NCBI GenBank assembly: GCA_032117235.1
Contig: JAULZW010000005.1
Span: forward strand, 31,264 to 95,263
Source: Minisyncoccota bacterium
GTDB lineage: Bacteria > Patescibacteriota > Minisyncoccia > SW-4-49-11
Direction of reading: 5' to 3'
Length of the DNA: 64,000 bases
Each line of letters starts with the position of its first letter. Within the stretch, counting starts at the first letter, position 1. Below are positions 9,474 to 17,800 of this stretch, one piece after another. Under the pieces are notes generated by a model. That model worked only from the letters and a program-made list of their open reading frames with translations. It was not told where the DNA came from and did not search any database. Both the position numbers and the translations under genes were made by a program.

Positions 9474-10928
9474 CTACACAAAGAATTTTTTACGAATTAT
9501 TTCATCTTGTTCTCTTTGCTTATCTTCAATTAAATTGATGGCCTTTATTTTCAAGTCTTTGAGGTCCTGTACGGCTAATATTTGAGCTTGTGATTTGAGA
9601 TAGTTGGGATTATTTTTACTTGGGTTCTCTAATATTTCGGCTAATAAAACATTTAGAATCATACCTATCATAGGTCCTGCTGGGATTTTTAATTCCTTAA
9701 TTAAAGTATTTCCATCTATTTTGAGCATAGATAAATCTATTGGGTCTAATAAAACTTTTTCTGTCATATATTCAAAATGCCGTAGGCGATAGGGGCGAGC
9801 CTTAGGAGTTCCAGAACCAATACGGTCACATTCTCTTAGCTTAATCAAGTCCTTGATATTCTCAACTCCTACATTACGGATAAGCTTACGAATAGAGGAT
9901 TCAGTCACTTCATTGGTATCATAATAAAACATATGATAACGCACTAATTTTGAAATTCGGGCTGCAAATTTTTTAGGATAATGAAGTCTATTGAGAATTT
10001 CATAAGCCATACTAGCGCCTACAACTTCATGATTATGAAAAGTACAGGTTTTCCCTACGCCTTCTTTAGTACGAGGTTTTGCAATATCATGTAATAGTCC
10101 AGCCATTCTCAAATCAAAGCTCCAAGACATATCACAAGCATGTTGCATAGTCCTCAAAAGATGTTCCCAAACATCATAAATATGATGTCCATTTTGTTCT
10201 ACTCCTATACCTTCTAATAATTCGGGCATTATGAAAGGTAATAAATGAGTATCTCTTAGTAATATATAGCCATTCATTGCTCGCGGGGTTAGCATCATTT
10301 TGGTGAGCTCATCTCGAATTCGCTCCTGCGCAATATGCTCGAGATTAGGAGCTAAATCTTGAATAGCTTGCAAGGTTTTAGGCTCAATGGTGAAATCTAA
10401 TTGCACTGCAAATCTCACAGCTCGCATTAGTCTCAAGGCATCTTCCCCAAATCTATCTTTTGGCTCACCCACAGTACGAATAATACCTTTTTCTAAGTCA
10501 GATAAACCTTCAAAGAAATCTTGTATTTCTAATTTAGCATTCATCGCCAGAGTATTAACAGTAAAATCTCGGCGAGCAAGGTCAAGAGAGAGTTCAGAGA
10601 CGAATTCAATTTGTTCAGGATGCCTCTTATCGGTATATTGAGATTCTTTGCGATAAGTGGTAACTTCAATAATCTCTGTCGTATCATCCGGACGGCGATA
10701 CTTGACCCCTACAGTTCCAAAACTATTCTCATAAACAGAGTCAGGAAATAATTCTTGAATTTGATTCGGAAGAGCATTAGTAGTAATATCCCAATCTACG
10801 GGATTTGAACCTCTCACAAGATCACGAACACTACCTCCAACAATAAAAGCTTCATATCCAGCTTGTTCGAGTGTATTCAATATTAAAATAATATGATTAG
10901 GTATAGAATAAGACATAATTTTTTTCAT
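9474..10928 (-). CDS. cca: CCA tRNA nucleotidyltransferase with HD domain
   Basis: VGGSVRD, DWDITT, DLARRDFTVN, EDALRLMRAVRF, LLHDIAKP; start moved to MKKIMS (10928) because the longer ORF runs into the tRNA. Confidence 0.92.
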   Translation of the reverse strand: MKKIMSYSIPNHIILILNTLEQAGYEAFIVGGSVRDLVRGSNPVDWDITTNALPNQIQELFPDSVYENSFGTVGVKYRRPDDTTEIIEVTTYRKESQYTDKRHPEQIEFVSELSLDLARRDFTVNTLAMNAKLEIQDFFEGLSDLEKGIIRTVGEPKDRFGEDALRLMRAVRFAVQLDFTIEPKTLQAIQDLAPNLEHIAQERIRDELTKMMLTPRAMNGYILLRDTHLLPFIMPELLEGIGVEQNGHHIYDVWEHLLRTMQHACDMSWSFDLRMAGLLHDIAKPRTKEGVGKTCTFHNHEVVGASMAYEILNRLHYPKKFAARISKLVRYHMFYYDTNEVTESSIRKLIRNVGVENIKDLIKLRECDRIGSGTPKARPYRLRHFEYMTEKVLLDPIDLSMLKIDGNTLIKELKIPAGPMIGMILNVLLAEILENPSKNNPNYLKSQAQILAVQDLKDLKIKAINLIEDKQREQDEIIRKKFFV

Positions 10929-10936
10929 ATAAATAA

Positions 10937-11014
10937 TGGAGCCAATGGTGGGGATCGAACCCACGACCTATGCGTTACGAATGCATTGCTCTACCAGAAC
11001 TAAGCTACATTGGC
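10937..11014 (-). tRNA. tRNA-Thr(CGT), CCA encoded
   Basis: GCCAATG/CATTGGC acceptor stem, D arm, anticodon loop TTCGTAA, T arm GTGGG-TTCGATC-CCCAC, ends TCCA. Confidence 0.96.
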
Positions 11015-11022
11015 ATAAGCAT

Positions 11023-11051
11023 AGTATAGTCTAAAATGGCTGTAAGAGCAA
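11023..11051 (-). promoter_or_regulatory. Promoter for tRNA-Thr and cca
   Basis: TTGCTC-17 bp-TATACT, 8 bp upstream of the tRNA. Confidence 0.7.
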
Positions 11052-11060
11052 TACCAGAAA

Positions 11061-11088
11061 GAAAAAACCCCACTTAGCTAAGTGGGGT
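11061..11088 (-). terminator. Intrinsic terminator of orphan ORF 11074-11379
   Basis: Perfect 22-bp palindrome ACCCCACTTAGCTAAGTGGGGT (11067-11088) followed by a T-tract on the minus strand; overlaps the stop codon. Confidence 0.75.
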
Positions 11089-11379
11089 GGAGTGTTGGGA
11101 TCTGATTAAGTTGCATAAAGCTCGAGGGAGTATTATTGTTAAAACATCTCTGTTGGCTCGACCCTTGCACCGAATAGATATTTGTCTAATCGTATTTGGA
11201 ACTATTTTTCTGTGTCGTTCAGGTATTTTGTGTCGGCTTAATAGTATTGCATTAGTATAAACTCTCGTTTTGTTTAATCCTTTCAATCTAGAAAATGATT
11301 TTTCTGTATTTATATTTAATCCCTCTAAGATAATGATGATATTTCTCCATTCTTCTACAGACAGAACCCAAGTCTCCAT
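11074..11379 (-). CDS. Orphan basic hypothetical protein (about 101 aa)
   Basis: ATG (METWV) preceded by GAGG; has its own promoter and terminator; no recognisable domain. Confidence 0.55.
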   Translation of the reverse strand: METWVLSVEEWRNIIIILEGLNINTEKSFSRLKGLNKTRVYTNAILLSRHKIPERHRKIVPNTIRQISIRCKGRANRDVLTIILPRALCNLIRSQHSTPLS

Positions 11380-11409
11380 CAGAAAATTCCTCAAGTGAAA
11401 GTAGTATAT

Positions 11410-11438
11410 AAAATATCAAATTCTATTATTATTGTCAA
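11410..11438 (-). promoter_or_regulatory. Promoter of orphan ORF 11074-11379
   Basis: TTGACA-17 bp-TATTTT with TG extended -10. Confidence 0.55.
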
Positions 11439-11457
11439 ATTGGGGACGGAGCTAAAT

Positions 11458-11584
11458 TCCCCTCTTGAGGGGTGGACAGCTTTGCTGGACGGGGTGGAAA
11501 AGAAAATATTTATACATAACATAAAAATACTCCACCCCGTATCCCCGCTGTAAACATATCAGGGATACACCCCTCAAGAGGGGA
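11458..11584. repeat. Inverted doublet of GC-rich REP-like elements (REPIN-like)
   Basis: Copies 11458-11498 and 11531-11584 (inverted) share TCCCCTCTTGAGGGGTG...ACGGGGTGGA but carry different internal hairpins; AT-rich spacer. Confidence 0.85.
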
Positions 11585-11606
11585 GTTGAAAGCCAGAAAA
11601 GTAAAA

Positions 11607-11676
11607 GCCCTACGAAAACTATGTCGGCGGGTCGCCGACTCTACGAATAATGGAGGGGTAAACCCTCCGCTACGAA
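11607..11676 (-). repeat. Tandem GTAG-type REP hairpins (two complete, one partial)
   Basis: Minus strand TTCGTAGCGGAGGGTTTACCCCTCC, TTCGTAGAGTCGGCGACCCGCCGAC and TTCGTAGGGC: GTAG tetranucleotide followed by a GC hairpin. Confidence 0.8.
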
Positions 11677-11680
11677 AAAG

Positions 11681-11707
11681 AAAAAAGCCCCGCTGAGTGC
11701 AGGGCTT
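11681..11707 (-). terminator. Intrinsic terminator of orphan ORF 11723-12166
   Basis: Minus strand AAGCCCTGC-ACTCA-GCGGGGCTT followed by a T-tract. Confidence 0.75.
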
Positions 11708-11722
11708 GGTGAGAAACGAGAG

Positions 11723-12166
11723 TCAGGAGAGAAACTCGTACTGAGTGACGATGCCCCAGTGAATCGTTGCCATTAAAGGTGGCAACATATAATTCTTATC
11801 CTGATAGGCTTGAGCCCATAACAAAATAATGGGCTTCAATTCTTGCTCCTGTTCAGTCAGGAACCAGAACTTTGCCTCAGTCTCCTCGACTGTTTCTAGC
11901 AAGGTAATTGCTATAAATATCTGAACCACACTCCCATACTTTTTGGATTCCTCCAAGATCTCAGGGAGTAGAGCTTCTACTCCAGCTACCAATTTCTTTA
12001 GAGGGAATTGTCGGGAGCTGAGATCCGTCGGGATGGGAGGGGGAGCAACCTCAGCCTCAGGAATTTCGCCTGGTTTCATCTCTGCCAAACTCTGAATATT
12101 GTCCAGAGTTTGGGGGAAGAGTGAACGAATGCGTTCAAGGATTCGGAAGGGGGTGAGGGAGGGCAT
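11723..12166 (-). CDS. Orphan hypothetical protein (147 aa), GC-rich relative to host
   Basis: Intact ORF with its own promoter and terminator; about 45-50% GC by eye. Confidence 0.7.
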   Translation of the reverse strand: MPSLTPFRILERIRSLFPQTLDNIQSLAEMKPGEIPEAEVAPPPIPTDLSSRQFPLKKLVAGVEALLPEILEESKKYGSVVQIFIAITLLETVEETEAKFWFLTEQEQELKPIILLWAQAYQDKNYMLPPLMATIHWGIVTQYEFLS

Positions 12167-12196
12167 AAGCCAAACCTTGTGAAATGAACAAAAATA

Positions 12197-12225
12197 ATCA
12201 TATCACAAAACCACCAAAATGTCAA
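12197..12225 (-). promoter_or_regulatory. Promoter of orphan ORF 11723-12166
   Basis: TTGACA-17 bp-TATGAT with TG extension. Confidence 0.75.
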
Positions 12226-12240
12226 TAGGTGTAGGTAGTT

Positions 12241-13659
12241 TTATTTTGTCTTGATAATCACACTTTTCCCGTCTTTATCCTGGATAATGTAGCCTGATTT
12301 AGATAATTCTTGTCTTAATTTGTCAGCTTGGTCAAAGTCTTTATTGGCTCTAGCTTGATTGCGATTATTGAAAATAAGCATTATATCAGCGGGGATTGAG
12401 GTTTTGGTGAGGGGTAAATTGAGAGCCAGAACTCGCTCTAATCTTTGGAATAATTTGATTATATGGCGTCTTGGTATGGGGTCTCCAGCATCTATTGAGC
12501 TATTGATTTCTTTGATAAAATCAAACATAAAGGCAATGGCCTTGGGGGAGTCAAGATCAGAGAAAAGAGATTTTTTGAAATTATTATAGGTATCTCGGAT
12601 CAGCTTTTGTAGCTTTAGGTTTTTGCGATGTGGCTTGATAGTATTCACTCTATTGATAAAATCTATTATCCGCTGGCGGGTTTGTTTGGCTTGAGTTAGG
12701 GAGTCCCAAGAAAAATCTATATCAGAGCGATAATGTGCCATTAAAACTAATAATCTCAAGTCTAGTGGAGAATAGTCTTTATCAACAATATCATCTAGGG
12801 TGATAAAAGTTCCCGCTGATTTGGACATTTTGGCGGTATTGACGGTGAGAAAATAACTGTGCAGCCAATAATGTGCCATTGGCTTACCAGTATCTGCTTT
12901 GAACTGAGCTATTTCATTGGTGTGATGAATTGGAATATGATCTTTACCTCCTGTATGTATATCAAAGGGTGCATGGAGTAGTGAGTCTGCCATTACTACA
13001 CATTCAGAATGCCAACCAGGGAAGCCAATTCCCCAAGGGCTATCCCATTCCATTTGTCTTGTCTCATCTTTAGGGGAGAATTTCCATAAAGCAAAATCTG
13101 AGGGCGATTTTTTATCTCCCATATTTACTCGAGCTCCGGCTTCCTGAGCTTTGAGATTGAGATGGGCAAAATCAGCATATTCTGGGAATTTGGTAGTATC
13201 AAAATATACTCCATCACTGATAATATAGGTATATCCTTTGCGCTCTAATCTCTTGATAAGATTAATTTGCTCTTTTATATATTCAGTTGCTTTCGGGTAA
13301 TGGTCTGAAGAAAGAATATTCAGTTTTTCTAAATCTTCTTGCCAAAGTTTGGTGTATTTCTCGGCGATTTCTAATGCTGTGAGATTTTCTCTTTTGGCTC
13401 CTTTTTCTAATTTATCCTCTCCGGTATCCTCATCACTAACCAGATGGCCAACATCTGTAATATTAGTAACTGAATAAATAGTATAGCCATGTAATTGCAG
13501 AGTTCTTTTGAGTAAATCATCAAATAAACTTTTTCGTAAATTTCCAATATGCTGTCTATCATATACGGTTGGTCCACAACTATATAGGGACACTCTTTTT
13601 AGGTGTATGGATTTGAAAGGGACTATTGCCTTGGCTGGGGTATTATATAGTTTTATCAT
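12241..13659 (-). CDS. cysS: Cysteinyl-tRNA synthetase
   Basis: CGPTVY, HIGN, GFPGWHSEC, KMSKS. Confidence 0.97.
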   Translation of the reverse strand: MIKLYNTPAKAIVPFKSIHLKRVSLYSCGPTVYDRQHIGNLRKSLFDDLLKRTLQLHGYTIYSVTNITDVGHLVSDEDTGEDKLEKGAKRENLTALEIAEKYTKLWQEDLEKLNILSSDHYPKATEYIKEQINLIKRLERKGYTYIISDGVYFDTTKFPEYADFAHLNLKAQEAGARVNMGDKKSPSDFALWKFSPKDETRQMEWDSPWGIGFPGWHSECVVMADSLLHAPFDIHTGGKDHIPIHHTNEIAQFKADTGKPMAHYWLHSYFLTVNTAKMSKSAGTFITLDDIVDKDYSPLDLRLLVLMAHYRSDIDFSWDSLTQAKQTRQRIIDFINRVNTIKPHRKNLKLQKLIRDTYNNFKKSLFSDLDSPKAIAFMFDFIKEINSSIDAGDPIPRRHIIKLFQRLERVLALNLPLTKTSIPADIMLIFNNRNQARANKDFDQADKLRQELSKSGYIIQDKDGKSVIIKTK

Positions 13660-13665
13660 ATAATA

Positions 13666-15309
13666 TTATTGAAGAGGATTAGAGGTTGATTTATTGGGTG
13701 GTCGATAAGTTGAATAAAAAGCGTCTCTTTTTATCATATTTTCTCCCTCATAAATTTCACGATAGGCTACGGTTTTCATAGATCCGTCTGGGCTTGATTC
13801 TAACACGACGGGCTCAATAGTTTTGGCGGTTTTGCCAGTTGAGGTTCCATAAATTTCATAATACAGAATAGTCCCTACAATATAATGTTGAATCAAAATA
13901 TGATGATTTGTATCATTTTGGAATTTAAAGTCAGGTTTTGGTAAGTAGATTGTAGCATCAAGCCCAGGTTTTCCATAATAATTTACAACATAAGAATGGT
14001 TTCTCCTCTCAATAATTGGTAATCCAGCATTTAGAGCGGCTCTAAATAGAGTAGTTGAAACTTGGCAAATACCTCCTCCATATTCGGGTATGGTTTTATT
14101 GCCTTTAATTACTAACTCAGGTAAATATCCATTACGGGCATCTACTTTACCCAAGGTATTTACAAAAGAGAACTCCTCTCCAGGTTTCAAAAGAGTGCTA
14201 GAAATTTTATTAGCAGCTACATTTATATTTTTAACCCTACTTTTGCTTGATCCTCTAAAGTTAGACTCTCCTTTTCCCAATAGTATTTTAAGACCTAGTG
14301 CATCGAATTGGGATTCATCAATCAGGGGAGAGGTGACCGCTACGAATAATTCTGTTTTTGCTTTTCCATCTAAAATATCATTTTTAATTCTTTTAGAACT
14401 TTCTTCCATCATTAACTTAGCCCCTTCTTTTCCAGGCTCTAAAATTTGAATTTGTTGAGTGTCAGGATTGAATCTTAATTTTGCATTCACAGGTTGGCTA
14501 GTCAGAGTTTTTTGCACTGATTCTAAATATTCTTTGACTGTATCTTGAGAGATGTCAATTTTTTTGGTTGTCTGATCAATAGTAATCCAAGTAACAATTT
14601 CTTCAGGAGGGATAGTGATATTAGTTTTATTAAAAAATATTTCATGTTCTACTATCAAGGCTTCTAAATCTGATTTTTGAGCTTCCCAAGAAGCAGTTGT
14701 AATGCTAGGGATCTCTTTTTTAAGTGGGACTTCTAATTTTATTTCCTCATCTTTCATCTTAGCAGTAATAGCTGGAGTTATTTTTTCGACATCTAATCTT
14801 TCTCCAACCTGTTCTGGAATAATAATAACTTCACCTTCTTTATAATCTAATTTAGCATTAGCAAGAGTTTTTAGAGCTGGATTTATTTTAGCACCGAGTG
14901 CAGATTCCAAGACTTCAGGATCACTTGTATATAGCCAATTTATATCGGTATTTTGAAATAGGTGGCTTAAAATAGCAAGAATATTGTTTTTTCTCTTAAC
15001 TCTATAAGCTTGTACTAAAGTTTCATCAGTATTGAGTTTTATGCCCAACTCTTCTAATGTAGTAGTATATTCTTGATTTTCATAAGTGAGTATAATATTT
15101 TTAACACTTAGATTTTTATTCTTTTCATCCAATATGTCGAAGGCTTCCTTTAAGCTTTTAGAACTAATATCAAGCCCTTGCACTGCAACATTAGGATAAA
15201 CTGACTCACGATAAGCAAAAGAAAACCATCCAGCTATAATGGACAATATTAAGAATATAGAAGTTATAATGATTAATGGTAGCTTAACTTTTTGCCAAAA
15301 TAATTTCAT
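13666..15309 (-). CDS. VanW-family protein with N-terminal TM anchor and putative peptidoglycan-binding repeats
   Basis: PGEEFSF, GGGICQVSTTLFRAALNAGLPIIERRNHSY, GLDATI. Confidence 0.9.
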   Translation of the reverse strand: MKLFWQKVKLPLIIITSIFLILSIIAGWFSFAYRESVYPNVAVQGLDISSKSLKEAFDILDEKNKNLSVKNIILTYENQEYTTTLEELGIKLNTDETLVQAYRVKRKNNILAILSHLFQNTDINWLYTSDPEVLESALGAKINPALKTLANAKLDYKEGEVIIIPEQVGERLDVEKITPAITAKMKDEEIKLEVPLKKEIPSITTASWEAQKSDLEALIVEHEIFFNKTNITIPPEEIVTWITIDQTTKKIDISQDTVKEYLESVQKTLTSQPVNAKLRFNPDTQQIQILEPGKEGAKLMMEESSKRIKNDILDGKAKTELFVAVTSPLIDESQFDALGLKILLGKGESNFRGSSKSRVKNINVAANKISSTLLKPGEEFSFVNTLGKVDARNGYLPELVIKGNKTIPEYGGGICQVSTTLFRAALNAGLPIIERRNHSYVVNYYGKPGLDATIYLPKPDFKFQNDTNHHILIQHYIVGTILYYEIYGTSTGKTAKTIEPVVLESSPDGSMKTVAYREIYEGENMIKRDAFYSTYRPPNKSTSNPLQ

Positions 15310-15387
15310 ATATAATATATATATTTATTAGTATATTTTACTACAGCTTAATTATATTATCAAATAAATTTGTTAATTATTATATTA

Positions 15388-16389
15388 TCAAATTGACTTA
15401 CCTCTTATTTTACGAAATATATTATATAAATTAAAAATAAATCTTTTATGAATAAAAATTTGGCTACTTGGGTAATCAATAGTCTTTCCTCCAAACTGCA
15501 TTTTGAATTTTGAGATTCCCTGCCAAGATTTTTTTGTAGTAGATACTCCCCAAAAGTCATAGATTTTTTTACCAAGATTTTTAGCTTCCAAAATAGATTG
15601 CCATTGAAGAAGTGGTGGAGCCATTAGGTTGCGATATTGATTGCTAGAAGCTCCATGTAAATAAATTCTTTGATCCAAGGTATCCAAGATGATATTGGTG
15701 GCTAAAACATTATCTTCATACTCAGCTATAATTAAAGATACTTCAATCTCATCTAAATCATTTTTTAATATATTTTTGTAATGTTTCTTGGAATGAATAG
15801 CAAATTTCCCTCTTTGGCTGGTATCTTTCATTAAATTAAAGAATATATCAAAGTATTTATTAAATTCAGGATGTTTGTTGGGTATGGTTTTAATTTCAAC
15901 GCCTTTTTTTTGAGCTAATTTAATATTATATCTCATTTTAGAATGCATATTTTTTAATAAATCATTTTCTGATAGATTTAAATCTAATATTTGAGTTTGA
16001 TGGGGTAGTCTTTCTAATTCACTAGGTTGGGTATATTTCTTAAAAATCTGACTATAATCATGATATATATCTTGAGCTGGCTCAATTAAAGTAAATATTG
16101 CATTATACTTTTGGGCTATTTCTTTCATATTATCCCAAAATTCTTGAATTATCTCTTGAGATATATTTGTTGAGTATAAAATCGGCCCTCTCGGTATATG
16201 TAATTGAGTGTATTTTGAAATTAAATTATAAACATAAACTTGAGCAAAGATTACAGTATGACCATCTTTATTATTTATAACAACTCTTTCTACGGCAAGA
16301 TAATCTTTGCTAATTAATTCTGCCCAATCTAATAGTTGATAGTACTCGGATATATTGTTTGCGAATTTCTGATCAGCTGATAATATCAT
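15388..16389 (-). CDS. FemABX-family lipid II:aminoacyl-tRNA peptidyltransferase
   Basis: IPRGP, MRYNIKLAQKKGV, YLHGAS, YDFWG, FKMQFGG; ATGA overlap with the pfkB stop. Confidence 0.9.
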   Translation of the reverse strand: MILSADQKFANNISEYYQLLDWAELISKDYLAVERVVINNKDGHTVIFAQVYVYNLISKYTQLHIPRGPILYSTNISQEIIQEFWDNMKEIAQKYNAIFTLIEPAQDIYHDYSQIFKKYTQPSELERLPHQTQILDLNLSENDLLKNMHSKMRYNIKLAQKKGVEIKTIPNKHPEFNKYFDIFFNLMKDTSQRGKFAIHSKKHYKNILKNDLDEIEVSLIIAEYEDNVLATNIILDTLDQRIYLHGASSNQYRNLMAPPLLQWQSILEAKNLGKKIYDFWGVSTTKKSWQGISKFKMQFGGKTIDYPSSQIFIHKRFIFNLYNIFRKIRGKSI

Positions 16390-17345
16390 ATTAGATGAGG
16401 TTCTAATGTTGTCGCTATTTCCATAACTTCTTCCATAGAACTTAATCCATTTACAGATCCTATTTCTCTTAGTACTGATGAGGATTGTATAATACCCCAT
16501 TTTAGAGCTTGTGACAAATCGTTAGATTGAATAAAACTAGCTAAAAAACCAGCTGCAAAGGCATCTCCAGCTCCAGTGGTTTCTAGTTTTTTAACTATTC
16601 TTGCTGGTAAATATAGGGTGTTATTACTGTTGCTTACATAAGCTCCATTATTACCATCAGTAATAGCTACAATTTTGGCTCCCAGACTGTGTAATCCTTT
16701 AATTAAATTAGCCACATCCTCATCAGTATTATTGATAATATATTGAGCCTCCTCCTTATTCACGAATAAAATTTCAGTTTTCGGTACAATTTGATGAATT
16801 AAATCTAAATTATACTTTAACAAATAAGATCCCGGGTTTAAAACTAATTTATAACTATTAGAATTAGCTAGTATATTATCTAATATAGTCTCTGAACCCT
16901 TGCTAAGAGAGGTAATATATAGCCATTCGCTTGTAGGTAAGTTTAAATTAGTATAATCCTTTGGCTGATGATGAGAAAAAACTATTCTCTCCCCATTGAT
17001 AGATAAAATTGTCGATTGATTAACTCCAGAATTAACTGTTTTGACTATATGTTCAGTATTGAGATTAAGATTATTTATAGAGTCTATAATATAATTTGAT
17101 AAATTATCCTCTCCAATTGAGGATACTAAAGCTGTATTTATACCGAGTAAGCTTAACCCATAAGTTATATTATAGGCATTTCCACCAATAGAATCATAAA
17201 CTTGCGAAACTGGAACTTTATGTCCAATTTCTAAGTTCAAAATAAAGTTACCAGGATTAGAAGGGGAGGGTAATATAGGTATATCTGGAGCTAATAAAAA
17301 TCTATCAAGGGCAATGTCTCCAATTACAATACATTGATAATTCAT
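16386..17345 (-). CDS. PfkB/ribokinase-family carbohydrate kinase
   Basis: GGNAYN, NKEEA, ETTGAGDAFAAGF. Confidence 0.9.
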   Translation of the reverse strand: MNYQCIVIGDIALDRFLLAPDIPILPSPSNPGNFILNLEIGHKVPVSQVYDSIGGNAYNITYGLSLLGINTALVSSIGEDNLSNYIIDSINNLNLNTEHIVKTVNSGVNQSTILSINGERIVFSHHQPKDYTNLNLPTSEWLYITSLSKGSETILDNILANSNSYKLVLNPGSYLLKYNLDLIHQIVPKTEILFVNKEEAQYIINNTDEDVANLIKGLHSLGAKIVAITDGNNGAYVSNSNNTLYLPARIVKKLETTGAGDAFAAGFLASFIQSNDLSQALKWGIIQSSSVLREIGSVNGLSSMEEVMEIATTLEPHLI

Positions 17346-17358
17346 ATTAATTTATTAT

Positions 17359-17793
17359 TTAAGGATTAATAATAATAGCTCTGTCTGTGGCATTAAGCAC
17401 CTCAAACTCAATTTTAGTGTGATATATGCTTTTCCATAGGTTTGGAGTTTTGCTAGCCCATTCTACTAATAATATGTTATGTGGGTTTTGTAATAAATCC
17501 ATAATGCCTAAATTTAAAACCTCCCATTCTTGCTCTAATCGATATAAATCTAAATGATAAACTTTAAATTTTGAATTTGGTATTAGATAAGTTTTCATAA
17601 TCACAAAAGTAGGACTAGTGACATTTTGTATAACTCCCAATCCCGCTAAAAAACCTTGACTAAAAGTAGTTTTTCCACCACCTAGCTCACCTTCTAATAA
17701 AACTAAATTAGCTCTTTTAGTTGCTAGAATTTCCTGAGCAATATTTGTGGCTAAGTCTTTAGTTTCATTTACAGATTTAGATATAATCTCCAT
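17359..17793 (-). CDS. tsaE: t6A biosynthesis ATPase TsaE
   Basis: GELGGGKTT, SPTFVI, HLDLYRL, VEW. Confidence 0.95.
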   Translation of the reverse strand: MEIISKSVNETKDLATNIAQEILATKRANLVLLEGELGGGKTTFSQGFLAGLGVIQNVTSPTFVIMKTYLIPNSKFKVYHLDLYRLEQEWEVLNLGIMDLLQNPHNILLVEWASKTPNLWKSIYHTKIEFEVLNATDRAIIINP

Positions 17794-17800
17794 ATAATAA

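Noticed and set aside
10929-10964. N-terminal extension of cca (MGSIPTIGSIIY) in the ORF track
   Set aside because: It overlaps the 3' half of tRNA-Thr; the ATG at 10928 is the plausible start
11458-11707. CRISPR array, integron attC sites, or a housekeeping ncRNA (SRP, RNase P, tmRNA)
   Set aside because: No identical direct repeats with spacers, no cas or intI gene, no clear RYYYAAC/GTTRRRY ends and no recognisable ncRNA motifs; REP-like palindromes explain it better
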